64,000 nt of DNA from Clostridia bacterium (GTDB lineage Bacteria; Bacillota; Clostridia; Oscillospirales; Feifaniaceae). The DNA is taken from the NCBI GenBank assembly GCA_017427525.1, contig JAFRSP010000018.1, forward strand, positions 1,684 to 65,683, given 5' to 3'. The position numbers and the translations under genes were made by a program. A model generated the notes under the pieces. The model worked only from the letters and a program-made list of their open reading frames with translations, was not told the origin of the DNA and ran no database searches. This document shows positions 37,741-46,155 of this stretch, one piece after another. Position 1 is the first letter of the stretch. The number at the start of each line of letters is the position of its first letter.

Positions 37741-39081
37741 TCAGAAGGGAAGCCGCAGCGCTCCGCGGCGTTTGCCGCCCTTGGTCATCCCGCCCAGCTG
37801 CCGGGTCAGCGTGACGACCTGATTGAACTGCTTGAGCAGCTTATTGACGTCTTCCACCTTGGTGCCGGAGCCCGCCGCGATCCGTCTCTTCCTGCTGGCG
37901 TTGAGCAGTTCGGGGTGCGCCCGCTCCCTCGGCGTCATGGAGGTGATGATGGCCTCGATCCGGGATAGGGCCTTCTCGTCCACCTCTGCGTCCTTGAGCG
38001 CGGAGGAATTCACCCCCGGCATCATGGAGGCGATCTGTTCGATACCTCCCATCTGCTTCATCTGCTGCATCTGCACGAGAAAATCATTGAGATCGAATTT
38101 CTGCTGCCGCAGCTTTTTTTCCATCTCCTCAGCTTTTTTCAGATCAAACGTCTGCTGCGCCTTTTCGATAAAGGTGAGCACATCGCCCATTCCGAGGATG
38201 CGGGAGGCCATACGATCCGGGTGAAACACCTCGATATCGCCCAGCTTCTCCCCCGTGCCGATAAACTTGATAGGTTTTCCCGTTACATACTTGACCGAGA
38301 GGGCGGCCCCGCCCCTAGTGTCGCCATCCATCTTGGTCATCACGACGCCCGTGATGTCAAGCAACTCGTCGAAGCTCTTTGCTACGTTGACCGCATCCTG
38401 ACCGGTCATGGCGTCGACCACCAACAGAATCTCGATCGGTTCCACCGCCTCTTTCAGACGGCGCAACTCCTCCATGAGGGTCTCGTCGACATGCAGCCGA
38501 CCCGCGGTGTCCAGAAACACCATATCGTTCCCGTGCTGCCTGGCATGAGAAACGGCGTGCTGCGCGATGGCCACAACATCGGAATTTCCCTCTTCGCTGT
38601 AGACCGGAACGCCGACGCCTTCTCCCACGACCTTCAGCTGATCGATGGCTGCCGGGCGATAGACGTCGCAGGCGGCGAGCAGCGGACGTTTGTTTTGCTG
38701 CTTCGCATAGAGACCGGCCAGCTTTGCCGTGTTGGTTGTCTTTCCCGAACCCTGAAGCCCCACCATCATGACCACGGTGGGCGGCGCGGAGGCGATTTTC
38801 AGCTTTGCGCTCTCGCTTCCCATCAAAGCGATCAGCTCTTCGTTTACGATCTTGATCACCTGCTGCGCCGGCGTGAGGCTTTCGAGCACCTCGGCTCCCG
38901 TGGCGCGCTCGGTGACCGCAGACACAAAGGCCTTGACCACCTTGATATTTACATCAGCGCCAAGAAGCACCAGACGCACCTCGCGCATGACCTCTTTCAC
39001 ATCGGCCTCGGTCAGCTTTCCCTTGCCGCGCAGCTTCTTAAAGGCGGCTGAGAGCCGTTCGGAAAGGGATTCAAATGCCAT
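37741..39081 (-). CDS. ffh: Signal recognition particle protein Ffh
   Basis: N and G domains (GLQGSGKTT, DTAGRL, TKMDGD) and a Met-rich M domain. Confidence 0.97.
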   Translation of the reverse strand: MAFESLSERLSAAFKKLRGKGKLTEADVKEVMREVRLVLLGADVNIKVVKAFVSAVTERATGAEVLESLTPAQQVIKIVNEELIALMGSESAKLKIASAPPTVVMMVGLQGSGKTTNTAKLAGLYAKQQNKRPLLAACDVYRPAAIDQLKVVGEGVGVPVYSEEGNSDVVAIAQHAVSHARQHGNDMVFLDTAGRLHVDETLMEELRRLKEAVEPIEILLVVDAMTGQDAVNVAKSFDELLDITGVVMTKMDGDTRGGAALSVKYVTGKPIKFIGTGEKLGDIEVFHPDRMASRILGMGDVLTFIEKAQQTFDLKKAEEMEKKLRQQKFDLNDFLVQMQQMKQMGGIEQIASMMPGVNSSALKDAEVDEKALSRIEAIITSMTPRERAHPELLNASRKRRIAAGSGTKVEDVNKLLKQFNQVVTLTRQLGGMTKGGKRRGALRLPF

Positions 39082-39238
39082 ATCGGTCTCCTCCTGCCAA
39101 AGATGTCTTCACAAATCAGGCCAAACAACAAGGGAGGTCCCCTGTGCAGCCTCTCTCAGCATGCCGCCCCTGCGGGATTCTTATCCTGCCGCCGCTTCAA
39201 AAGCGCAGCGCGCCGCGGGCAGAGCGTTTCGGCTGCGC

Positions 39239-39610
39239 TTATCCCTGCGTGTTCAACTCGTCCGCCGCCTTGCGGATCCGCTTTGCCAGCTCCGCCAGAG
39301 GCCGGACATAGACATTGTCGGCCGCATACCGCTCGAGCTCCTCCGAAAGGCCGAGGATCTCGCTCAAAGCCTTTTCAAGGGAACGGATACGGGCGACCAG
39401 CCCGAGCTTTTCTTCCATTTCCAGAATCTGTTCTTCCCCGCGTTTGATGCTGTCGCGTACGCCCTGCCGCGTGATACCGGCATGTTCCGCGATTTCCGCC
39501 AGGGAGAGATCCTCATTATAATAGAGATCCACCACCTCGCGCTGCTTGTCGGTCAGCATACCGCCATAGTAGTCGAGCAGATAGGCGATTTCCAAATTTT
39601 TCTCGTACAC
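39239..39610 (-). CDS. ylxM: YlxM/p13-like putative DNA-binding protein (UPF0122, sigma-70 region-4-like HTH)
   Basis: LLDYYGGMLTDKQREVVDLYYNEDLSLAEIAEHAGITRQGVRDSIKR. GTG at 39610, 9 nt after AGAAAGGAA, is preferred over the TTG at 39637. Confidence 0.8.
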   Translation of the reverse strand: MYEKNLEIAYLLDYYGGMLTDKQREVVDLYYNEDLSLAEIAEHAGITRQGVRDSIKRGEEQILEMEEKLGLVARIRSLEKALSEILGLSEELERYAADNVYVRPLAELAKRIRKAADELNTQG

Positions 39611-39746
39611 GGCCGGCCGTTCCTTTCTGTAAAGCAAATTCCTTTACAATACAAATCTATTATACCTGTCAGGCTCTGCAAAGTCAAGCCTTTTTCGGCC
39701 GATTTTTCCCTGTTTTTCACGGTTTTTCACGTTGTCCAGCAATCCT

Positions 39747-39791
39747 GAAAAAAGGGGGATTCCGGCCGCGCTGACTGTGCGGCCGGAATCC
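39747..39791 (-). terminator. Rho-independent terminator after the GtrA-family gene
   Basis: Perfect 13-bp stem GGATTCCGGCCGC / GCGGCCGGAATCC, followed on the minus strand by CCCCTTTTTTCAGG. Confidence 0.8.
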
Positions 39792-39804
39792 ATCCAAAAC
39801 AGAG

Positions 39805-40323
39805 TTATTCTTTATCTTTTCTGAAAATCCAGAACCGATTGATCAGATAATTCCAGACAAAAATGATCGCCATTGCGGCCAGCTTGCACAGATCGAGCGG
39901 AAGGCTCAACTGCTTCTGAAGCGCCAGCAGAATCCCGCTGGACAGGAAGATGTTGACCACCATGAGACCTGCGTAAGAGACGGCCTGCCGCCAAAAGTGA
40001 CCCTTTGCGCGGAAGCTCCAAAACCGATTCAGCAGAAAACACCATGCGGCGCCAACCACCATTCCCGCCGCATTCGCCAACCCCGTTCCGAATATGGGAA
40101 CGGTTTCCGGCAGCGAGCGGGAAGCCAGTTTGAAAACCAAAAAATCCACCAGCGCGCCGGTCATGCCCACCACCATATAGCGGGGCAGACTGTAGCGCAT
40201 CAGTTTTTTTGAAAACGATTCCTTTGGCTTCGCGGCACCGGATACTTCCGGCTGTGCCGGAGCGGGAACCGCCGTTTCCACGGCCATGATCTCTTCTTTG
40301 CTCTGTTCGTTTTCCTGACTCAT
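39805..40323 (-). CDS. GtrA-family membrane protein
   Basis: Four TM helices, RYMVVGMTGALVDFLVF and a C-terminal FVWNYLINRFWIF motif typical of GtrA. Confidence 0.8.
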   Translation of the reverse strand: MSQENEQSKEEIMAVETAVPAPAQPEVSGAAKPKESFSKKLMRYSLPRYMVVGMTGALVDFLVFKLASRSLPETVPIFGTGLANAAGMVVGAAWCFLLNRFWSFRAKGHFWRQAVSYAGLMVVNIFLSSGILLALQKQLSLPLDLCKLAAMAIIFVWNYLINRFWIFRKDKE

Positions 40324-40396
40324 TTCTGTCCTTCCTTAACCGACTGAAACTCTTCCGGCGGCAAACCTTGCTGCCGCACCCTTCACGGGCAGGGGG

Positions 40397-41272
40397 TTAT
40401 GCCATCACGTTGCGCAGCTTGCCGATGCCCTCGATCTCAATCACGACCTCGTCTCCCGCCTTGAGCCACGGCTTTTTGTCGGGTTCGACCTTCATTCCGG
40501 CGATCACGCCGGCGCAGGTGCCGGTGAAAATGACGTCGCCGGGCTTCATCGTGATATAGTCCGAAATGTAGCTGACCAGCGTAGGGATATCAAAGATCAG
40601 GTCATTGGTGTTGGAATCCTGACGCAGCTCGCCATTGCACCACAGCCGGATCGGCATGTTGCCACCGTCGATCGAATCCTTGGTGACGATGCAGGGCCCG
40701 ACGGGTCCGAACTTGTCGGCCGACTTTCCGATCAGCCACTGAGTAACCCGCATCTGCTGCGTACGGGCAGACAGGTCATTGCCGATCGTATAACCAAAGA
40801 CATAGTCCATCGCATCTTCCTTGGAGACGTTTCTGGCCTCTTTGCCAATGACGATGACCATCTCGGCTTCATAGTCGATTCTCTCGGCAGCGGCCGGAAT
40901 CGGGATCACTTCGTTGTGAGCGGCAAGCGCGGTATTGAACTTGCTGAACACCTCAGGCACTACAGGCAGACGGCCGCTGCCCTCCATGGCATGCGCCAGA
41001 TAGTTGAGGCCGATGCAGAAAATCTTCTCGGGCGCCGTGACGGCGGGGGCATAGGTCAGGCTGTCGATGGGGAGCTTTTCGGCTTTTTCGGCAAGCTCGG
41101 CCGCCTTCTTCAGACCGGCCTCGCCCGCGGCGATCAAACCTTCCATCGTCGCGAGCTTTTTGCACTTTTCGCAGTCGCCGGCATTGACAGCAGCCGTAAG
41201 ATCGGCAACTCCGGCATCGGTGATGACGCCAACATGGACTTCTTCGCCAACATAGAAATTCATCAGTTTCAT
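40397..41272 (-). CDS. Fumarylacetoacetate hydrolase (FAH) family protein
   Basis: IFCIGLNY..., YEAEMVIVIGK, and DLIFDIPTLVSYISDYITMKPGDVIFTGT. ATG at 41272 after an AAGGAG SD. Confidence 0.85.
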   Translation of the reverse strand: MKLMNFYVGEEVHVGVITDAGVADLTAAVNAGDCEKCKKLATMEGLIAAGEAGLKKAAELAEKAEKLPIDSLTYAPAVTAPEKIFCIGLNYLAHAMEGSGRLPVVPEVFSKFNTALAAHNEVIPIPAAAERIDYEAEMVIVIGKEARNVSKEDAMDYVFGYTIGNDLSARTQQMRVTQWLIGKSADKFGPVGPCIVTKDSIDGGNMPIRLWCNGELRQDSNTNDLIFDIPTLVSYISDYITMKPGDVIFTGTCAGVIAGMKVEPDKKPWLKAGDEVVIEIEGIGKLRNVMA

Positions 41273-41342
41273 GTGATAATCTCCTTTTTGCTGTCTATTT
41301 TTACAGGTCTTCCACCTTTGGACAACAAACGATTTGCGGCGT

Positions 41343-41858
41343 TTACCAGCGCTCCTTGTGCACACGCTGCTCCTCATAGCGGTCTCTCGGCTCCGGCTTT
41401 TCGGCGGGATGCCCCACGCAGATGAGTCCGAAGGGGATCACGCCTTCCGGCGTGCCAACGCACTTTGCAATGCGGTTTGCAAGCTCCTCGCCCGGATAGA
41501 CTCCGCACCACACGGCGCCAAGCCCCAGATCCGTTGCCTGCAGCCAGATGTTCATGGCAACCGCGCCGCAGTCCTGCGGGAAATACCCGGGACAGATCTC
41601 GTTCTGCCGCTCGGGCGTGGCACAGATGACGATCACGGCTCCGGCATCCTTGGCCATCCCTGTATACTTTCCACAGGCGGCAAGCTCTTCAAGGTTTTTC
41701 TTGTCCCGCACCACGACAAATTCCCACGGACGGCAGTCGCAGGCGGAAGGAGTTGCCATCGCGGCTTCCAACAGTGTCTTCACCTGCTGATCGGTCAACG
41801 GCTCCTCCGTGTACCGCCGAATACTTCTCCTTGTGCGGATCGCCTCATATACGGTCAT
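41343..41858 (-). CDS. Nitroreductase-family flavoprotein
   Basis: RRSIRRY near the N-terminus and SACDCRPWEFVVV. ATG at 41858 after an AAGGAGG SD. Confidence 0.85.
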   Translation of the reverse strand: MTVYEAIRTRRSIRRYTEEPLTDQQVKTLLEAAMATPSACDCRPWEFVVVRDKKNLEELAACGKYTGMAKDAGAVIVICATPERQNEICPGYFPQDCGAVAMNIWLQATDLGLGAVWCGVYPGEELANRIAKCVGTPEGVIPFGLICVGHPAEKPEPRDRYEEQRVHKERW

Positions 41859-41995
41859 AGATACGCCTCCTTTGAAACAGCTTCGTTTCCTTAACAAACT
41901 GCAAGATGTTTCCTATTTTTTCTTCACTATACCATACTTTTGAAACCCATGCAAGCAAGAAGAGGGGTTCTTTTCTGCTCTCTTTCCTGCTTTTC

Positions 41996-43915
41996 CTATT
42001 CTTCCGAGGTCAGGTTTTCGATCTTCTCCGAGAGCTCGCCCCATCTTTCATAGAGGGCGTTCAGCCGCACCTGCAGCTCTTCCTGTCTCTCTCCGAGGGC
42101 GGAGAGCGCCTCATAGTCGCTGGCCTTTTCCGCCATCTTCAGCGACAGAGCCTGCAGCTCTTCCTCACACCCCGCGATCTCCTTTTCACAGGCGCTCAAG
42201 GCGCGCTGCAGCGCCCGTTCCAGCCGAAGCGGAGAGACGCTCCGCTCCGGCTGGGAGACGCCGCTCTTCTCCTTTGGCTTTTCCCTTGGCTGCTGTGCCG
42301 CGTGTGCGGAGCGCGCCGCCTGATAGGCTTCAAAGTCACCGTGAAAATCCGCGATGGTTCCGTTTTCCACCGTGAGGATCCGGTCGGCCATACGGCTGAT
42401 AAAATAACGGTCATGGGAGATAAAAAGCAGCGTGCCCTCATAGTCCTCCAACGTTTTTTCAATCCACTCCCTCGAGGCGATGTCGAGATGGTTGGTCGGC
42501 TCGTCGAGCAAAAACAGATTGATGGGGTCAAAGGAGAGCAAACAGTGCTTGAGCCTGGCCCGCTCCCCGCCGGAGAGCTCCCGAACCAGCTTGAAGACCT
42601 CCTCCCCCACGAAATCGTAGGCGGCGAGGCGGTTGCGTGCGATCTGAGCCGTGACCCCCCTTCTCTCCCAAAGCACTGTGTCCAGCAGGGTACGCTCCGG
42701 GTGCTCAAATATGATATTCTGGGGCATGAGTCCGACCTTGACATTGGCACCCCACTTGACCCTTCCATCCAGTGCCTCCAGTTCCCCACAGAGCATGCGG
42801 AGAAAGGTGGTCTTCCCTGCGCCGTTGTCGCCGAGCAGCGCCACGCGCTCTCCTTTTTTGAGCTCGAGAGAGATCCCCTGCAGAAGCGCCTTTCCATCGT
42901 ATCCGACCGAGACGTCCTTGAGGGTCAGCACATCGAACCCGCTGCGTCCTCCATCGGCCAGGGTGGCGCGGATGCGGCGGTTGTCGGCATGGAGACGCTG
43001 GGTTTGGTTCGCACGCAGACGCTCGATCCGCTTGCGCATGCTGAGCGCCGCACGGGAAAGCCGCTCGGTCTGGATCCCCCATCCGAGCAGCTTTGTCGAG
43101 ATGGTCTCCAACCGCTTGATCTCCTTTTTCTCCTGCTCATAGCGGCGTTCGAGCTGCTCGGTCAGCTGCTCTTTATAGTCCATATACTCGCTATAGTTCC
43201 CTGCATAGTCGGTGATCTTCCCCTGCTCCAGCTCCATAATGCGGTTGACCGTTCGGTCGAGAAAGGTCCTGTCGTGGGAGATCAGCAGCACGGTTCCCCG
43301 ATACTGCGTGAGAAAACCCTCCGTCCACTCGATCGAGGCCATGTCGAGATGGTTGGTCGGCTCGTCCAGCAGCAGAATGTCCGGACTTGCAAGCATGATG
43401 CGCGCCAGATTGACCTTGGTCTTCTCCCCTCCCGAGAGGGTTTCAAAGGTTCTGGTAAGAAATTCTTTTTCAAATCTCAGCCCCGAAATCACCCGAGCGA
43501 ACTGCACATCCTGTTCATAACCGCCGAGACTCTCATAACGCGCATGCAAGGCGTCGTACCGCCGCAGCAGCGCGGAAGAGGAATCCTCCTCCATTTGTTT
43601 GCGCAGTCTGCCCAGCTCTTCTTCCATGGCGTGCAGGGGAGCAAAGCCCGAACGGATCACCTGCTCCACCGCCGTCCCCGCCGCATACCTGGGGATTTGC
43701 TCGAGCACCTCCATGCGCAGCCCCGGCGCGACCGACACGCTGCCTCCGTCAGGCAAAAGCTCGCCCGAAAGCAGGCGAAACAGGGTCGACTTCCCGCTCC
43801 CATTCCGTCCGATCAGACCGACCCGCTCCCCTTCCCGCAGCTCAAAGCCGATCTGAGAGAGTACCGTATTCTCCCCGAAGGATTTTTGAAGCTCTGTTGC
43901 CGTGATGCAAATCAT
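41996..43915 (-). CDS. ABC-F family ATPase (two ABC cassettes, no TMD, C-terminal coiled-coil extension)
   Basis: Two Walker A motifs (GRNGSGKST and GDNGAGKTT), two LSGGE signatures, an inter-domain linker and a coiled-coil tail. Confidence 0.9.
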   Translation of the reverse strand: MICITATELQKSFGENTVLSQIGFELREGERVGLIGRNGSGKSTLFRLLSGELLPDGGSVSVAPGLRMEVLEQIPRYAAGTAVEQVIRSGFAPLHAMEEELGRLRKQMEEDSSSALLRRYDALHARYESLGGYEQDVQFARVISGLRFEKEFLTRTFETLSGGEKTKVNLARIMLASPDILLLDEPTNHLDMASIEWTEGFLTQYRGTVLLISHDRTFLDRTVNRIMELEQGKITDYAGNYSEYMDYKEQLTEQLERRYEQEKKEIKRLETISTKLLGWGIQTERLSRAALSMRKRIERLRANQTQRLHADNRRIRATLADGGRSGFDVLTLKDVSVGYDGKALLQGISLELKKGERVALLGDNGAGKTTFLRMLCGELEALDGRVKWGANVKVGLMPQNIIFEHPERTLLDTVLWERRGVTAQIARNRLAAYDFVGEEVFKLVRELSGGERARLKHCLLSFDPINLFLLDEPTNHLDIASREWIEKTLEDYEGTLLFISHDRYFISRMADRILTVENGTIADFHGDFEAYQAARSAHAAQQPREKPKEKSGVSQPERSVSPLRLERALQRALSACEKEIAGCEEELQALSLKMAEKASDYEALSALGERQEELQVRLNALYERWGELSEKIENLTSEE

Positions 43916-44095
43916 ATCGCATTCGATTCCTTTTCGTTGTTGCTTGCATTTGATCCTCCGCAGACAGAAAGGCGCGCAGGGCCAAGACCCTGCACGCCTT
44001 AAAGCTCAGGAAGGCCTTTCGACGCGGCGGGAAAGGAGACAGGCCGCCTATACCCTCATCCAAGTGCCGCGGCGCCTTTCCCTTGGCATGAATCT

Positions 44096-44743
44096 TTAAA
44101 GAAGGATTCCTTCAACACCATCCAAAAGCGAAAGAAACCTCTCGCCGTCTTCCCTGGAGCCCACCTTCTCCACATCGCCGAAGTGGAAGGGGATCGCAAG
44201 ACGCGGCTTCGCGCGGTTGACCGCGTCTGCCGCTTCTTCCACGTTCATCGTATAGGTTCCGCCGATCGGGACGAAGAACACATCCGCCTCCGCCGAAAGA
44301 AATTCCGGCGTAGCGTCGCAATCCCCAGGCAGATAATACGACCCGTCTGCCGTGCGGACAATATAGCCGACCCACCCTTTGCTTTGGGGGTGGAATGGCT
44401 TGCCGATGTTATAGGAGGGAAGCACCTCGATGCCAACCCCTCCGAAGGAGAGCATATCGCCCGGGGCCACCTCGATGAGCTTGGCCTGGGGAAATTCCCC
44501 CGCCAGCAGCGTGCAGACATCCTTAGGAGCGACAAAGGTTGTATCCTCGCGCATCACGCGGCGGATATCCTCCGGCGAATAGTGATCGTAGTGCGCATGT
44601 GTGATGAGAATGCAGGCTGCATCATTGGGCTGCGTGAGCAGATTGAAGGGGTCTGCATAGATCACGCATTCCTTCTCCAGCCGTACGCCTGCCTGCCGCA
44701 GCTTTTTTACCCCGCGCAGCAGCGTTTCTTTCTCGGTCATCAT
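44096..44743 (-). CDS. MBL-fold metallo-hydrolase
   Basis: ITHAHYDHY (HxHxDH motif), 215 aa. Confidence 0.8.
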   Translation of the reverse strand: MMTEKETLLRGVKKLRQAGVRLEKECVIYADPFNLLTQPNDAACILITHAHYDHYSPEDIRRVMREDTTFVAPKDVCTLLAGEFPQAKLIEVAPGDMLSFGGVGIEVLPSYNIGKPFHPQSKGWVGYIVRTADGSYYLPGDCDATPEFLSAEADVFFVPIGGTYTMNVEEAADAVNRAKPRLAIPFHFGDVEKVGSREDGERFLSLLDGVEGILL

Positions 44744-44924
44744 GATCCTCCTTCCGGCGGGTGTTCCAAAAGGAACCTCGCCTCGTCAGGCTGATTGTTT
44801 TTGGGATTTCTTCTTTTTATTTTAACAGGATTATCCTGAAAACGCAACCAGTATCCTGTTGTCTCTTTCGGTTGTTTTCGAAGGTTCCTTGAGTCTCAGG
44901 GGCGGTTTTTTAGCTTCTCTCTAA

Positions 44925-44975
44925 ACGCAGGGGGAAGGGATGCGGGCAAACTGTCCGCATCCCTTCCCCCTGCGT
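44925..44975. repeat. Perfect 21-bp-arm inverted repeat (hairpin) downstream of the zinc-ribbon gene
   Basis: ACGCAGGGGGAAGGGATGCGG (44925-44945), 9-nt loop, then CCGCATCCCTTCCCCCTGCGT (44955-44975). There is no good U-tract on either strand. Confidence 0.9.
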
Positions 44976-44998
44976 CATCTAAAAGCGCCTTTTTGTAA

Positions 44999-45388
44999 TT
45001 ATTCCTGCTTGGTTCCGCAGGAGGGGCAGAATTTGGCCTCTGCGCTCAGGGCCTCGCCGCAGTTCGCGCAGAACTTTGCACCAGCAGCGGCCGGAGCGGG
45101 AGCATCCTGATCCTTGGCGGCCTTCACTTCTTCGATCTCAGCCTCAAATGCGGCAATGTTCTGACGGCAGGTGGCGATTTCCTTGCAGATCTCGGCCACA
45201 TCGCCCTCAGGCAGCAGTTCGCCGGCATCGAGCTTTGCGAGGAAGATCTCGCCCAGCCGCGCGGTCAGCGCCGCAACGTTTTTCTCCTCAAGTGCGATCT
45301 TGGCGTTGAGCTTGGTGGTGCCAATCACGCTGGCGGTCATGTCGCTTGCGGACTTTGCAAATTCAGAAACCTTGTCAAACAGTGCCAT
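44999..45388 (-). CDS. Coiled-coil protein with C-terminal zinc ribbon
   Basis: C-terminal FCANCGEAL...KFCPSCG (CxxC...CxxC), 129 aa. Confidence 0.7.
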   Translation of the reverse strand: MALFDKVSEFAKSASDMTASVIGTTKLNAKIALEEKNVAALTARLGEIFLAKLDAGELLPEGDVAEICKEIATCRQNIAAFEAEIEEVKAAKDQDAPAPAAAGAKFCANCGEALSAEAKFCPSCGTKQE

Positions 45389-45592
45389 CGTAAGTACCTC
45401 CTATTGTTAAAAAATTCCATATGCCGACCCGCACACAAACCTGCGCGGGCAGAGCTCGTTTCTGTATCCTCGTCTGAAGGGAGCCTTCCGGCGCTTCTGC
45501 CTACAGAGAGGGCGCGCACACATTCAGATTCCTTCGCAGAAGAGAACCGCCTGCGGCGCCGAGGAAGATTCCCTCCCGTTTTCCATGAAGGA

Positions 45593-45958
45593 TTATCTGC
45601 GATCCGGGATGATCTCGATCCAATACCCATCCGGATCTTCGATAAAGTAGATCCCCATGGATTTGTTCTCAAAGCAGACAACGCCCATCTCCTCGTGGAG
45701 ACGGCGCGCCGCCTCCATATCAGGCACGGACATAGCCAGATGGAATTCACACTCGCCGAGGTCATAGGGCTGCTCCCGATCTCTGAGCCAAGTGAGTTCC
45801 AGTCTGAAATTGGTCTCTCCGTCTCCTAAGAAGACCAGTTTGAACGAACCGTCTTGCGCTTCTCTCTCCGATACGGGATGAAGGCCGAGCGCCTTCTCGT
45901 AAAAGGCAAGACTCTTTTCCAGATTCAGCACGTTGAAATTGAAGTGGTTGAAGACCAT
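45593..45958 (-). CDS. VOC/glyoxalase I family protein
   Basis: FNHFNFNVLNLEKSLAFYEKALGL...; ATG at 45958 after a TAAGGAGG SD. Confidence 0.8.
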   Translation of the reverse strand: MVFNHFNFNVLNLEKSLAFYEKALGLHPVSEREAQDGSFKLVFLGDGETNFRLELTWLRDREQPYDLGECEFHLAMSVPDMEAARRLHEEMGVVCFENKSMGIYFIEDPDGYWIEIIPDRR

Positions 45959-46155
45959 GTTCCGCACCTCCTTATTGTTCACCGCACTGCTCCCCCTCTG
46001 TTCCAAGGGTTTCATCGAGGTTTTCCGGGGGCGGTCGCTGCGGATCTGACACTATATCATTGTATCACAGAATCCCGCACAGGGGAAGGGTTTCCTGGCA
46101 TCTTTTCTTGCGTTTTCCTTTTTCTGCCCATTGATACAGGCTTTGAAAAAGCAAT

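Noticed and set aside
41996-44095. ABC-F protein as an antibiotic-resistance (ARE) determinant with a leader-peptide attenuator
   Set aside because: The upstream 180 nt shows only a weak 6-bp hairpin and no obvious short leader ORF with an SD. The long C-terminal coiled coil looks like housekeeping Uup/YdiF-type ABC-F proteins.
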